Virus record (IMG/VR): IMGVR_UViG_3300037882_003354
Span: 62,001-126,000 of that record
Strand: one strand, 5' to 3'
Length of the DNA: 64,000 nucleotides
Numbering within the stretch: position 1 is the first letter of the stretch; every line of letters begins with the position of its first letter. Both the position numbers and the translations under genes were made by a program. The notes under the pieces are model-generated. The model was not told the origin of the DNA, searched no databases, and was given only the letters and a program-made list of their open reading frames with translations. This document shows, piece by piece, positions 8,479 to 19,310 of the stretch.

Positions 8479-11400
8479 TCACCTTCGAACGAAATGATAG
8501 TCGCCGTCCGGCCCATTGTTACAAAATATGCCCATGCAATCAAACCCCTGTTGGTGCATGTATGCTATCACTGGCAGGGCCAGGGGCGCACCCTTGTTGT
8601 ATTCCACAACCTGCAGTTCCAGTATGACATGATTGACTGATTTCAATGTCTCTGTTGCACCACGCAGCACATCCAACTCAGCACCCTGTACATCCATTTT
8701 GATTAAATCTGGTGGCGGAAACCCTCTTTGAGATACTATGGAATCCAGAGTACATGCGGTGAGCATTCGACGTATACTTTCAGGATACAACTGATCGGCT
8801 GCCGGGCTGAGTTCTGAATTTTCCCTGTAGTAACTGTTACCACCTGGGTTTTCTGTATTCTCATAAAAGCCGATTTCCCTGCCGTCTTGATCACTCAGCA
8901 GACCAATGTTGTATGTCATTCCGGCTTCTTGGTACAAGAATTCGCTGGCTGACATGGCTTCAAATGCTATGTATTCTGCATCACCCCACACTCGTTTGGC
9001 GCAGTTGGTCCAGTGTAACACGCATGCACCTATGTCATATATGACCCGTGGTGCAACTTTTAGATTTTGCTGCATGTGCACCAGATAGTTATAGTGGTCA
9101 TTGGGCAGTAGAGACATAGTGCTCAACTCTCGAAGTCTCCGTTTGACTGGATCTTCTGCAACAGCGGCTGGGATGTTGTTGTCCACTTGAAATGTATGCG
9201 ATCCAATGTGTCGGCATTGAATACTGGTATCAGCCCAGATCCTGAATCCCTTGGCCAGTGCTTTGGCGCAGAAGTCTGTGTCCTCAGATATGGTGTGAGC
9301 ATGGTCGATGGCCGAGTGATATTTAAATTGTGGGTATTCGATGGCCCTGATGACATCTGTCTTGACCAGCACACAGCCAAATCCGCATCCGGCAATCTCC
9401 ACCAGGCCGCGACCTTTGATCTTTTCATATGGAATGTTGGTGACACCGCCGCGTCCATTGTGCTCATAGAGTTCCAGGGTGTGTTCACCAAACTTGCGTT
9501 GTATGTACAGTCCTGACACCATGTCACAGTCATGAGCCAGCATTTTCTTGAGCGTGTCTCGATCAAATGCTATGTCACTGTCTATGGAGAACAAATAGTC
9601 GTAATTCATGGACCAGTGTGCAATGAGATTGCGCACTTGATCAATGTTATATCCGTAGAAATATTGGAATTCCACTTGATATCCATCTGGCACTTCCATG
9701 TCGTAGATGGATTTAAATGTGTCCACCTCGATGTTCTTGGCAGTGGGTATGCCAATTAGAATACGTTTCTTGACCGCAGGTACGGGTACAACCATGGATT
9801 CCACCGGCCTAATCGAGAGTGCAGGCACAGTTGGTGTCACCACTGCACTGGTGGACTTTTCCAAAACTGTGAGTCCGTTGTTATGAACAGTATGATATTT
9901 AAAACGCCATTCTGGATGTTGGATCATGAACTCAATGATGGCCGGCAACAGTCCAGGGCTATCTATTGTGCCTGTTGCAAATGTAAAGGTGTCATGAAAT
10001 ACAATGTATTTGTTCACTTTATTGTGGTGTCTGGTCAGCTCAGCAGACAGTTGTTCATAAGAATGATCAGTGTCTATGAACAGCAAATCAGTGGGCTCAA
10101 TGAGTAGTGTTCGCGTGTCTGCCGCAGCATATGTACAGTCCTTGCCCAGCTGTCGAGCAACATCAAACAGTCGACCGACTGATTCAACTAGATATAGATC
10201 ATAAGATGTTAGTTTGCAATCACTCACCAACCAGGCCCTGGTTGACGAACCGTTTCTCACACCAAACTCAGTGACGGTCTTGCATTCGCCCGCCAGTTTT
10301 CTCAGTAGTGGCAAGTGTTGGTTGATGTCACTGGGCGATTGGCATTCCAATTGATATTCGTGTTCTAATATGTCCGTGTTGTTCATTTTAAGTTTTTCCT
10401 GTTCATATACAATTCTTTCTCGCTCTAAAAAGCCATCAGTGATGTCAGTATTGCCAGTGGTGGCGGCAAATGTGCCAGTGAATTTCATATTGGTTATGAA
10501 ATAATTTGTGCGTCCTTTTTTCAACTGTAAATCAAAGATAAAATTATCACCGTAATATATATTCAGCCCTGGGGGAATGTCCTGCCAGATGCTTCGGTGC
10601 AGAAACATCAGGCATCCAAACCCATAGGTATGCTGACCAGTCCAGGGCAGGATGTCAATGGCACCGTCAGTGATGGCTGGCTGATCAAAATCAGGTTCAC
10701 CGGGACACAGACCAAACACTCCGTTGGCTGGAGTCAGCAGATCTTCCAATCTGGAGAATACATCCAGATCGAAATACATGTCGTCGTTGACTATACAAAT
10801 CCTGTCATTACGAGCCACCTTGACACCCAGATTCCAGGCTGGGTTTACGTAGATGTTGAGCCCAAAGTCAAACATATGGATCTTGGCATGATCGGCCACA
10901 CCCACCGGTGTTCGGGTGGTGTCGTTGTTGATGATGATGACCTCATCAACAGCAGGGTGATCGCATAACCGGGCCAGGAAGGAGACAAACTCTGCAGGAC
11001 GGCGCCACATGGTGGGTACAATTACAGAATACTGTTTGACTGTGGATCGAGTGCTGATGATTCGAGCGTTGATGTTCTGCTCCTCTGCATTGACCTTGTA
11101 ATCGTTCAAGGGGTTGGCATCGTTGTAGTTGTACACCACATCCTGCAGACATTTGACCCGGTTGGGGTCAGCCGCCTCAATCAGTGCGTAGAACACAGCA
11201 CCGTCGCCACCGGCCTTGAACCATTGCCCTTGCGGATCCTGGAACAGGGCATCTGGCAGATCATTCACCAGATGCTTCTTGAAGGTTCTCAAGTGTGTGT
11301 AGGGCAAGATCCAGTTGAAGTGGTGATTTCTGTAATCACGATTTTGTTTGACTGCCTCGGGATACGGCTGACTGATCAAGGGTATGTTGTCCACCATGCT

Positions 11401-13101
11401 CCAGCAGGAGCCGTAGGTGAATTCAGTTGATCCGTCATAGATGGCATTGTAACGAGCGAATATTGAATTGTCGTTGACCAGTTTGTCATCACCATCCAAG
11501 AGCATGATGATGGCTTGATCATTTAATTTACGAATGGTGTCCATCTGATTTTTCACAGCACCCTGATTGACAGAGTTCCGGATCAGTGTAAACCGATCGC
11601 GTAGATCAGCTGGCAGGTCATCAATGGTCCTTGCAGCAACTTGATGTCCCTGGTCACTGGAACAGTCGTCAATCAAAATGTGCCGGTAGTTGGTGTAGTC
11701 CTGTGAGGCCACACTAAGGATGCAATCAGCGACATATGCTTGGCCATTGTAGAAGGGACTGACCACCACGATCTCTTGCTCGGTGTTGGCACGATGATCC
11801 TCAAATTCCACCTGATTGGTGAATCTGCGATTCCAGATTTTATGCACTCTGTGGTTGATCCTGCTGGCCCGACGATATTCCTCCACCGGCAGGTATGCGC
11901 CAGTCTTACGATAAATTATCTGCTTCCATTGCATGGCCACACTGTCCCAGCCGGCGATGTCTTTGACGATGTTACAGTAGTATTGTTTTTGTTGATGTAG
12001 GTATCGATCGTTGTAGGCTCTGACCACCATGTCCACAAACCGGTCCACTTGTTGCTGCTGATTGACGTTGGGATATAATCCGTTGGGTTCAATGGGGTAG
12101 TCTATATGATAGCAGGCACCATCCAGGGCTGTTTCTTCCATGGCACCAAACCTACAGGTGAGCACAGGTGTGTTATACAGCAGGCTTTCCAGGGTGGATA
12201 TGCCAAATGTTTCAGGGAACGCGGTGGGATAGATGGTAAAATTAGCCTGGGCTAGAATTTGCGCAATTTCTTTCTGTGGTATGACGCCAGTAAATTCCAG
12301 ACCACGGGCTGCATTGGTGGGATCGTTGGCCATGATCCTCCATCGTTTTTCCTGATCGTCAGGTTCACTGGCTGTGCTAAATCTGTAGTAGCCACCGATG
12401 ATTTTCAGTTGTGCTCGTGGTATGTGTTGCTTGACTCTGGGCCACACATGTTCAATCAGTGGAATCATGCCCTTGGTCACTGATGCATTGTATACGAACA
12501 GGTTGGGATCCTTGGCAGCAATGTCCACCTCGGGAATGTAATTTCTAACACCATTACGTGTACAGGTGATCCGGCGCTTGAGCACTTCAAACATGCGCTT
12601 GCCACCGTGATCGCAGGTGGCAACATAGGATGTATGCCAGTCACTTAATGTGAACACATCAGTGATTCGATCTGCCAGTGCCAAGGGTTCAATAAAGACA
12701 TCGCCCAGGCAGAATGTGTCATGCATCCAGAGTATACGCATCCGGGCTCGGCTCAGTATACGATCATACAGATTCATGTCCTTGAACTGCCAGGCTCTGT
12801 GATCTTGCAGTCGCTCAGTATTCTGTGGATCAATAAACGGAATCACAGTTCGTGAACTGATCACCACATCAAATTCATGATCCTGGTTAAGATCTTGCAA
12901 GGGACGATAGGTCACACCATCGTAGACACCAGGTCTAGCATGATCGATATCACAGTTGTTGAAAATGGTCACAGCAAAACCCAGCCGCTGCAACTCCAGG
13001 CCCATGAGTGTGACTGCACTCTCCGAACCACCCAGTCCCTGACGGAATACCGTGGTGCCGTCGTAGGGAATACCAATAATGTCAATAATAGCAAGTTTCA
13101 T
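8479..13101 (-). CDS. multidomain glycosyltransferase/methyltransferase polyprotein (GT-B + 3 GT-A + 2 SAM MTases)
   Basis: GLGGSES and ETFGISTLE (GT4-like); SPFYN..ILIDDCSSD..LDGDD and IVPT..VNDD (GT2-like); EFGVRNG..FIDTDH..FHDT (MTase); IGIPT..SIDSD..GFGCVL..SED (GT-A); YDIGA..IKMDVQGAE (FkbM-like). Confidence 0.85.
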   Translation of the reverse strand: MKLAIIDIIGIPYDGTTVFRQGLGGSESAVTLMGLELQRLGFAVTIFNNCDIDHARPGVYDGVTYRPLQDLNQDHEFDVVISSRTVIPFIDPQNTERLQDHRAWQFKDMNLYDRILSRARMRILWMHDTFCLGDVFIEPLALADRITDVFTLSDWHTSYVATCDHGGKRMFEVLKRRITCTRNGVRNYIPEVDIAAKDPNLFVYNASVTKGMIPLIEHVWPRVKQHIPRAQLKIIGGYYRFSTASEPDDQEKRWRIMANDPTNAARGLEFTGVIPQKEIAQILAQANFTIYPTAFPETFGISTLESLLYNTPVLTCRFGAMEETALDGACYHIDYPIEPNGLYPNVNQQQQVDRFVDMVVRAYNDRYLHQQKQYYCNIVKDIAGWDSVAMQWKQIIYRKTGAYLPVEEYRRASRINHRVHKIWNRRFTNQVEFEDHRANTEQEIVVVSPFYNGQAYVADCILSVASQDYTNYRHILIDDCSSDQGHQVAARTIDDLPADLRDRFTLIRNSVNQGAVKNQMDTIRKLNDQAIIMLLDGDDKLVNDNSIFARYNAIYDGSTEFTYGSCWSMVDNIPLISQPYPEAVKQNRDYRNHHFNWILPYTHLRTFKKHLVNDLPDALFQDPQGQWFKAGGDGAVFYALIEAADPNRVKCLQDVVYNYNDANPLNDYKVNAEEQNINARIISTRSTVKQYSVIVPTMWRRPAEFVSFLARLCDHPAVDEVIIINNDTTRTPVGVADHAKIHMFDFGLNIYVNPAWNLGVKVARNDRICIVNDDMYFDLDVFSRLEDLLTPANGVFGLCPGEPDFDQPAITDGAIDILPWTGQHTYGFGCLMFLHRSIWQDIPPGLNIYYGDNFIFDLQLKKGRTNYFITNMKFTGTFAATTGNTDITDGFLERERIVYEQEKLKMNNTDILEHEYQLECQSPSDINQHLPLLRKLAGECKTVTEFGVRNGSSTRAWLVSDCKLTSYDLYLVESVGRLFDVARQLGKDCTYAAADTRTLLIEPTDLLFIDTDHSYEQLSAELTRHHNKVNKYIVFHDTFTFATGTIDSPGLLPAIIEFMIQHPEWRFKYHTVHNNGLTVLEKSTSAVVTPTVPALSIRPVESMVVPVPAVKKRILIGIPTAKNIEVDTFKSIYDMEVPDGYQVEFQYFYGYNIDQVRNLIAHWSMNYDYLFSIDSDIAFDRDTLKKMLAHDCDMVSGLYIQRKFGEHTLELYEHNGRGGVTNIPYEKIKGRGLVEIAGCGFGCVLVKTDVIRAIEYPQFKYHSAIDHAHTISEDTDFCAKALAKGFRIWADTSIQCRHIGSHTFQVDNNIPAAVAEDPVKRRLRELSTMSLLPNDHYNYLVHMQQNLKVAPRVIYDIGACVLHWTNCAKRVWGDAEYIAFEAMSASEFLYQEAGMTYNIGLLSDQDGREIGFYENTENPGGNSYYRENSELSPAADQLYPESIRRMLTACTLDSIVSQRGFPPPDLIKMDVQGAELDVLRGATETLKSVNHVILELQVVEYNKGAPLALPVIAYMHQQGFDCMGIFCNNGPDGDYHFVRR

Positions 13102-13136
13102 GCTATTAATTATACATTACTGGCCCCCAGTGTCAA
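13102..13136 (-). promoter_or_regulatory. consensus sigma70 promoter of the GT polyprotein gene (leaderless)
   Basis: TTGACA(13131-13136)-16 nt-TATAAT(13109-13114), 7 nt before ATG at 13101, no SD. Confidence 0.75.
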
Positions 13137-13150
13137 TGATCCTGGTTATT

Positions 13151-16100
13151 TTACCAGAACAACAATTGACGGAAATGTTCCTGCGCCATTTGACGGTTGA
13201 TCCACATGTATTTCAATCCATCCACAGTGGTGAACACCTCCATCCTGTTGCCAATGCCCGCACCACCTGCGATGTATGGACACACACCAGCGCCATGTAT
13301 CCAGTTGGTGTTGACGTCGATATAATACACACGTTGCGTCAGATCCTTGGTGAAGTAAATTCTGTCACCGCCGTCGTATGCATACATGCTGCCAGAGCCC
13401 AGGGTTTCTGTGATGGGTATGGGGTAGTTCAATACGATGCGATCAGTGTTCAAGTCCAATTTATCTATGCCCACCAGTGCACCGCCGCGGGATATCCACA
13501 GGTACCTGCCCCGGGTGGCAGCATTGTAGTTACCGGATACCCAGTTGGTGGCATGACCCACACCGTGCACTGGTATGGACAGCAAGGAATACACGGCCAC
13601 ACCGTTCACTGGTGCCGTGGCAGTGCCAAATCCCAGTGTACCAGTGGCTGCTGTCACTGATGTGATGATCAACTCCTGATTTAGACCAGTGGAGCCTGAC
13701 TGAATCTTGATACGTCTGCCCACTAGTGATTGGTTCCATGCAGCACAAGTAATGGTACCGGAAACTGCACCACTGTGCGCCACACTCAGTGTTAGTACAT
13801 TTGTACCAGCACCAGACACTATGTAGGCGCCAGCGTTGATACCAGTGCCTGTCACATACCAGCCGTTGACGTTACCTGGCGCATTTGCACCACCTGCCAA
13901 GGTTATTGTGGTGCCCTGTGCTGAACCAGTGCCAGTGGCAGTGGCCCAGAATGCGCTGGCGTCCACCAGGGTGGTTGTACTACCACCAGTTGCAACACCA
14001 GTGTTGTAGTTGGTCAAGGTCTGATCCATGGCCGCGCCCAGCAGTGCCGGACTGCTGACCACATACCTAGACAATGCTGCCACGGGCGCTGTGCCCAATG
14101 TGGTCAGAAAACCCATGGTGCCACCAGCAATGCCAGAACTGCTGGATTGCATCAACTGTCCGGTGGTTGCACCGGTGGTAAGCGTCGGAGCGGTGGTGCT
14201 CATGACTATCTGACGTCCAGCCACGTTAGGTGGGTAGAACGTTATGTTACCAGATACCGAACCAGTACATGCGTTGGATAGCACAATGGTGTTAGTACCT
14301 GCACCGCTGGTCACAGTTGCACCAATGGCAATACCAGTGCCCACTGCATACCAACCTGTGATGTTGGCGTTGGTGCTAGCAGTCATGACCACAGTGGCCA
14401 CACCTGCACCGCCGCCGGATGAGAACGCGCTGGTCAATGCGGTGGTTGGGCCCCAGGGTGTGAAGAGCATGACACCACTGGGTGTACCGCTCTGTGTGGC
14501 TGACAGTGTCAAGGTGGTGGTACCTGCACCACTGGTCACTCTGGTGCCAGCAGTGATGTTGGTGCCAGTCACATACCAACCGTTGATGTTACTGGGTGTG
14601 GCACGTGTGAAGGTCAGAGTAGTGTTGTTGGCTGATGCAATACTATCACGAAAGTCCTTGCTGGCATCTGACAAGTTACTGGTACTCAATGCTGTCAAAT
14701 ATGCGTATGTACCTGTTCCCGCAGCACTAGGTGTATAGGTAAATGTGGTGGTACTTGGTACTGTGACAATTTGAACCAAACCTGTCACGTTGTATTGGTC
14801 GGCGGCTGCTGAGGTGACACCACGAATACTCACATATTGACCCACCTTGAAGTTGTGTGCCTGTGTAGTGGTGGCCGTGATGGTGGTGGTGCCAGCCAGT
14901 GAAGTAATAGCAAAGGGCATCTGTTCATATATGGTATGTGCTGAATCTGACAGCAGGGCTGCTGCCACACAAGCCACACCAGTTTCTAATGCTCTGCCGT
15001 GAGTCAGCATGTCACTGTTGCCGCCATTGTGCATGAACACTTCAGCAACACCGCCCCAGGAGAAGTAGGCAATGTCAGGATCACCTTGTATGACATAAAC
15101 TGATGTGCTGTCAGGTAATATGTTCCAGGATCCGTTGATGGTCAATGTGGTGCTGGAATTGGCGTTAATTCTGCGCACTTGTCCTGCACCCAGGCCGGAC
15201 ACAATGCGCACCGCATAGTTGACATAGCGGTTGACTGGCCAGGATTTCGTACTGTCAATCAAGGTGCTGGCAGCATTGGATCCGCTGCTCTTGCCTGCAT
15301 CATATCCCAGAATTTGATAGCGTGATGTGGCATCAGGTGCAGTTGATATTGTACTGAATGTCAAGGTGTTGGCAGTATTGCTGGTGATGGGGATCATTTG
15401 ACCTCGCCCAGTGCCAGTATAAATGTAGGCATAATAACCAGCCCACTGGTTCACAATCCAGTTTTCTGTACTGTCCACCAAGGTCTCAGTGGTACCTGAA
15501 GTGGCAATGCTTTGTTCCCAGATGGAAGAATTTTCCGTGATACGTTCAAGTGATACATCTGATGGTGCTGCGCCCACCATGTTGGTCAATGCTGGCTTGG
15601 AATACCATATGTCGTGTAGTACATCGTAGTATTGTAATGTGTAAAACGGGGCTGTACCTGCGCCGGATATCAGCCAGATGGCACCAGATTGAATGACTAT
15701 TCGGCTGGTGTTATCAGGTGTTACATCCCAGGCTGTATCAATAGTACAAACGCTGGACTCAATTTGATACACGGTACCAGCGGCCGGTGCCACCATGGTG
15801 TTGCTGGCAAACGGATCGTTCTGGAAATAGTTGATGTCGCCTGTGGTCAGCACAGTGGCTGAATTGTAGAGAATTTTACGCACCTGGTTGAGACCGGTGC
15901 CGAACAGGGTGCGTACAACATATCCCACCCAGCTGTTGACGTTCAATGTTGCGCCCACATAACCTGTGGTCCAGGTCTTGGCGGTATCAGTCAGTGAGGT
16001 GGTGCTACCAGCGGTGGCTGCACCGTAATCTGCCACCACGGGATCGGCAACAGAGGTGATGTATCGTTCTTGCCCTGCACCCTTGCCGGAAATAATACGA

Positions 16101-16459
16101 ACTTTGTAGCCAGCAGCACCGATACCAAATGGCAGGCCAGTGGTGAACGATGTTGACGATGCTGTGATGATTCTGTTGTGGTATCCTTGTCCACCTGCAA
16201 ATCTCATGCTGCTGGCAGTGAGTGGTGCTTGTGGCGGGTTGGCCAACTGTTCATATGAGTCAGCGATGGTGTCATAACGCCAAAAGTTTGTGGCGTTGAG
16301 TAGATAGTATATGTAGCGTCCGCTGTTTTCGTTAAACTTTGAGTTGTCTGCCGCACACGAGCATGACAGGCCGGTAGTGGGCACCACTGGTGAAAAACGC
16401 AGCCACTCCCAGACTGGCAGGTCCACTTGTTTTCTTAATTGATTTGCTGTTAAGGCCAT
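13151..16459 (-). CDS. large virion fibre/adhesin protein
   Basis: 1102 aa T/S/G/A-rich beta protein; repeated 'ATxGxTTxLxD..K.W' modules and Kelch-like segments. Confidence 0.7.
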   Translation of the reverse strand: MALTANQLRKQVDLPVWEWLRFSPVVPTTGLSCSCAADNSKFNENSGRYIYYLLNATNFWRYDTIADSYEQLANPPQAPLTASSMRFAGGQGYHNRIITASSTSFTTGLPFGIGAAGYKVRIISGKGAGQERYITSVADPVVADYGAATAGSTTSLTDTAKTWTTGYVGATLNVNSWVGYVVRTLFGTGLNQVRKILYNSATVLTTGDINYFQNDPFASNTMVAPAAGTVYQIESSVCTIDTAWDVTPDNTSRIVIQSGAIWLISGAGTAPFYTLQYYDVLHDIWYSKPALTNMVGAAPSDVSLERITENSSIWEQSIATSGTTETLVDSTENWIVNQWAGYYAYIYTGTGRGQMIPITSNTANTLTFSTISTAPDATSRYQILGYDAGKSSGSNAASTLIDSTKSWPVNRYVNYAVRIVSGLGAGQVRRINANSSTTLTINGSWNILPDSTSVYVIQGDPDIAYFSWGGVAEVFMHNGGNSDMLTHGRALETGVACVAAALLSDSAHTIYEQMPFAITSLAGTTTITATTTQAHNFKVGQYVSIRGVTSAAADQYNVTGLVQIVTVPSTTTFTYTPSAAGTGTYAYLTALSTSNLSDASKDFRDSIASANNTTLTFTRATPSNINGWYVTGTNITAGTRVTSGAGTTTLTLSATQSGTPSGVMLFTPWGPTTALTSAFSSGGGAGVATVVMTASTNANITGWYAVGTGIAIGATVTSGAGTNTIVLSNACTGSVSGNITFYPPNVAGRQIVMSTTAPTLTTGATTGQLMQSSSSGIAGGTMGFLTTLGTAPVAALSRYVVSSPALLGAAMDQTLTNYNTGVATGGSTTTLVDASAFWATATGTGSAQGTTITLAGGANAPGNVNGWYVTGTGINAGAYIVSGAGTNVLTLSVAHSGAVSGTITCAAWNQSLVGRRIKIQSGSTGLNQELIITSVTAATGTLGFGTATAPVNGVAVYSLLSIPVHGVGHATNWVSGNYNAATRGRYLWISRGGALVGIDKLDLNTDRIVLNYPIPITETLGSGSMYAYDGGDRIYFTKDLTQRVYYIDVNTNWIHGAGVCPYIAGGAGIGNRMEVFTTVDGLKYMWINRQMAQEHFRQLLFW

Positions 16460-16473
16460 TTATAAACTCCGAT

Positions 16474-16842
16474 TTAGCTGAATGTTAGTTTGTTGCGAAT
16501 AGCGTTTGAATAAGTATTTCTCGCCACGTCGATGAACTGACGCTGATCTGCACCTGCCATGGCGGTGATGGCGCCGATGGCGTTGGCGCCTGCAGGCAGT
16601 GCGTTGGTAATACCAGTCACGGCACTCACAGTGCCCACGGTACCCACTGAGGTGATGGTGGCCAGGGTCAATGAACCAGTGATGGCATCAATGGTCACAC
16701 GCTGGCGGCTGCCAATGTCAGTGGCACTCTGGGACTCCAGGATTTTGACCATACGTCGTAACAGGATGATCGATTCATCCGTTGCGGGATTTACCGCCAC
16801 ACCTCGATCGTTAGTTATATTAGTCTGCTCAAAATAAGCCAT
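16474..16842 (-). CDS. small virion-associated protein
   Basis: 122 aa between fibre genes, GGAG SD. Confidence 0.7.
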   Translation of the reverse strand: MAYFEQTNITNDRGVAVNPATDESIILLRRMVKILESQSATDIGSRQRVTIDAITGSLTLATITSVGTVGTVSAVTGITNALPAGANAIGAITAMAGADQRQFIDVARNTYSNAIRNKLTFS

Positions 16843-16851
16843 GTGAATTCC

Positions 16852-19302
16852 TTAGAAAATAAACCAGTTGGTGCCATCAGATACCACGCCCAGGGAGGAA
16901 TTTGTATACTGTAGTATCATGTTGGCACCACCATCTATGGTATTGCCCCCTGTGCATGCCACAGTGATCTCCCCTGTTCCCACATTCTTTATCTGCATGT
17001 TCTTGCCGGTATTTATAGCGGCGCTGGGTAGGCTGATGGTAATGGTTCCCGACGCCAGTAATATGCCAGTGACATTGGTGATGGCAGTGTTGGATGAGGT
17101 GGTGACCACAGTGAATACTGAACTTCCACCACCGCTGCCCAGTGCAATGCCACCACTATAGACTGTGCCGCCCACATGCAGATCTCGTCCCACACCAGCG
17201 CCGCCATAGACCACCAGGGCACCGGTGATGGTGGATGTCGCTTGAGTGGTGGCAGTGTTGAATATGGCAGTGACCTTGTCTGTGCCAGTGCCTGCCACAA
17301 TTATTTTAATTTGAGTGCCTGCACCCAGTGTGCCAATTGCTAACTTTCCTTCACCTGGGGTGGAATTCTCACCCACCAGCAGATAGCCATCGTTAATTCC
17401 CAGATTGCTACCGAAACTGTTGGGTTGAGTGCCGTCCCAGAAACTACTGGTGATGCCCATGTCAATGAAGCCATTGCTTTCACTGACATTGTCAGCACTG
17501 GCCACAATGTCAGTGCTGGCCTGGGCACCAGCATTGATGTTCTGTACATTGATTTCCATGTAACTGTTTAGATCACCTGTGGCCTGGATCATGGTCTGAG
17601 CGAATGGCGTGTGGCCAACCACGCCGGCATATAGTGCACCGCTACCTGAGGCATCACCGAAGAAGGTGGCGCTGTTGGCGGCCACCACATTCAATGTCAC
17701 ACTGGTGCCAGTCACATATCCTGTGACATTCAAATTGCCAGTTAGATATCCGTCACCATTGATGTTAAATCCACTATTACCACCAATGCCACCTGCCACG
17801 TACAGAGCATTGGTACTGAATGAGCTGGTGCTGGACAGGGTGTTGGTGATCACCACCTGCTGATTGGTTGTACCAGTGAATGATCCCTGACTGCCAGTGT
17901 ACCCAATGTCACCTTGACTGCCTGTGTAGCCCAGACTGCCGACACTACCAGTGTACCCTGAAACTCCCTGTGACCCGGTGTAACCAAGATTCCCACTGGG
18001 TCCCAGGACGCCAGTCAGTTGTATGGACCAACCAGTGGCAGGGGTGGATATGGGTGTTCCACTGGAGCCCAATACGGTAAACGATATTTCCCAGCCAAAT
18101 CCACCGGCGTACAATATGTTGGTGATTTGTGCGTAATGATAAAAAGTGGATCCTGGTGTGGTGTTGATTACATTGACATAATTGCCTATGGCAAAGGCGC
18201 CGTACTCAGCAGTATACACACTGACCGTGGTGCCAATCAGACTGTTGTCAGCGGCCAGGTTGCTGCTGGTGGCCAAGGGTGTAAATCCAGTGCCGCTGCT
18301 GCCTGTATATCCAGTGTTGCCTTGACTGCCCACATATCCAGTTGATCCCATGACACCTTGACTGCCGACGTAACCTGAAATTCCCTGTGACCCAGCATAA
18401 CCAGTTGAATTCCAGCAGGTGTTGTTGATGTACAAGCCAGTGTCATCCACCCTGATACGCTCGCAGGCACCGGCACCTATTAGGACTGTACTCACACATG
18501 CAGCGGCTGCTGGCAGGCTGCCAATCACCGTGTTGTTGTATCCGGTGGTCAGCAGACAACCTGCACAGACACCCACACCAATGTTACCGCCAGTGGTGGC
18601 TCTTGAACAGTACAGAGACTGTGCACCCAGGGCCACATTATTACTGCCAAAGTTGTTGTTGAACAGCGCGCTGTGGCCCACTGCTGTGTTACAGCAGCCC
18701 GTGATATTATAGGCAAGTCCATAGTTGCCAATGGCCACGTTTGCACATCCGCAGGTGTTGTTCCAAAGTGCCCTCATGCCCAGGGCTGTATTACAATTGC
18801 CACAAGTATTACTGACCAGGGAACACGTGCCCACGGCTGTGTTATAGGAACCATTAGCATTTGCCAGCAATGCACATGTGCCCACGGCCACATTACGATC
18901 GCCATAGCAACTGTTTTGCATGGCGCACACACCTATGGCGATGTTATCACAACCACGCTTGTTACATTCCATGGCCAGATCGCCCAGGGCAATATTATTA
19001 CTATAAAAGACATCACCACCACCGCCAAATAGTGCTCTACGCCCAATGGCAATACTTCTCTCAAAAGATCGGAAGTTTCCGTCATTGCCCAGGGCTTGAG
19101 TGCCAATGGCCACAATGTGACATGAACAACAAGAAGACGCCAGCGCCTCATGACCAATGGCCACATTACAATGACCGCAGCCGGCGATCAATGAGCCGGC
19201 GCCCAGGGAAATATTACCGTTACCCAGCTGACGATAGCCCTGGGAAACGTTGCCAATGGCCACGTTATTACAGGCATTGTTCACGCCACCCAATGCCGAC
19301 AT
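16852..19302 (-). CDS. tail fibre: Cys-rich YadA-like repeats, GYTGSQG collagen-like repeats, C-terminal beta domain (probably the 3' part of a frameshifted gene)
   Basis: NxAxG..AL repeats with many Cys; GxxGxxG repeats; ends SDGTNWFIF. Fibre-like repeat continues about 25 codons upstream of the ATG in the same frame. Confidence 0.7.
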   Translation of the reverse strand: MSALGGVNNACNNVAIGNVSQGYRQLGNGNISLGAGSLIAGCGHCNVAIGHEALASSCCSCHIVAIGTQALGNDGNFRSFERSIAIGRRALFGGGGDVFYSNNIALGDLAMECNKRGCDNIAIGVCAMQNSCYGDRNVAVGTCALLANANGSYNTAVGTCSLVSNTCGNCNTALGMRALWNNTCGCANVAIGNYGLAYNITGCCNTAVGHSALFNNNFGSNNVALGAQSLYCSRATTGGNIGVGVCAGCLLTTGYNNTVIGSLPAAAACVSTVLIGAGACERIRVDDTGLYINNTCWNSTGYAGSQGISGYVGSQGVMGSTGYVGSQGNTGYTGSSGTGFTPLATSSNLAADNSLIGTTVSVYTAEYGAFAIGNYVNVINTTPGSTFYHYAQITNILYAGGFGWEISFTVLGSSGTPISTPATGWSIQLTGVLGPSGNLGYTGSQGVSGYTGSVGSLGYTGSQGDIGYTGSQGSFTGTTNQQVVITNTLSSTSSFSTNALYVAGGIGGNSGFNINGDGYLTGNLNVTGYVTGTSVTLNVVAANSATFFGDASGSGALYAGVVGHTPFAQTMIQATGDLNSYMEINVQNINAGAQASTDIVASADNVSESNGFIDMGITSSFWDGTQPNSFGSNLGINDGYLLVGENSTPGEGKLAIGTLGAGTQIKIIVAGTGTDKVTAIFNTATTQATSTITGALVVYGGAGVGRDLHVGGTVYSGGIALGSGGGSSVFTVVTTSSNTAITNVTGILLASGTITISLPSAAINTGKNMQIKNVGTGEITVACTGGNTIDGGANMILQYTNSSLGVVSDGTNWFIF

Positions 19303-19310
19303 GCCCAGGG

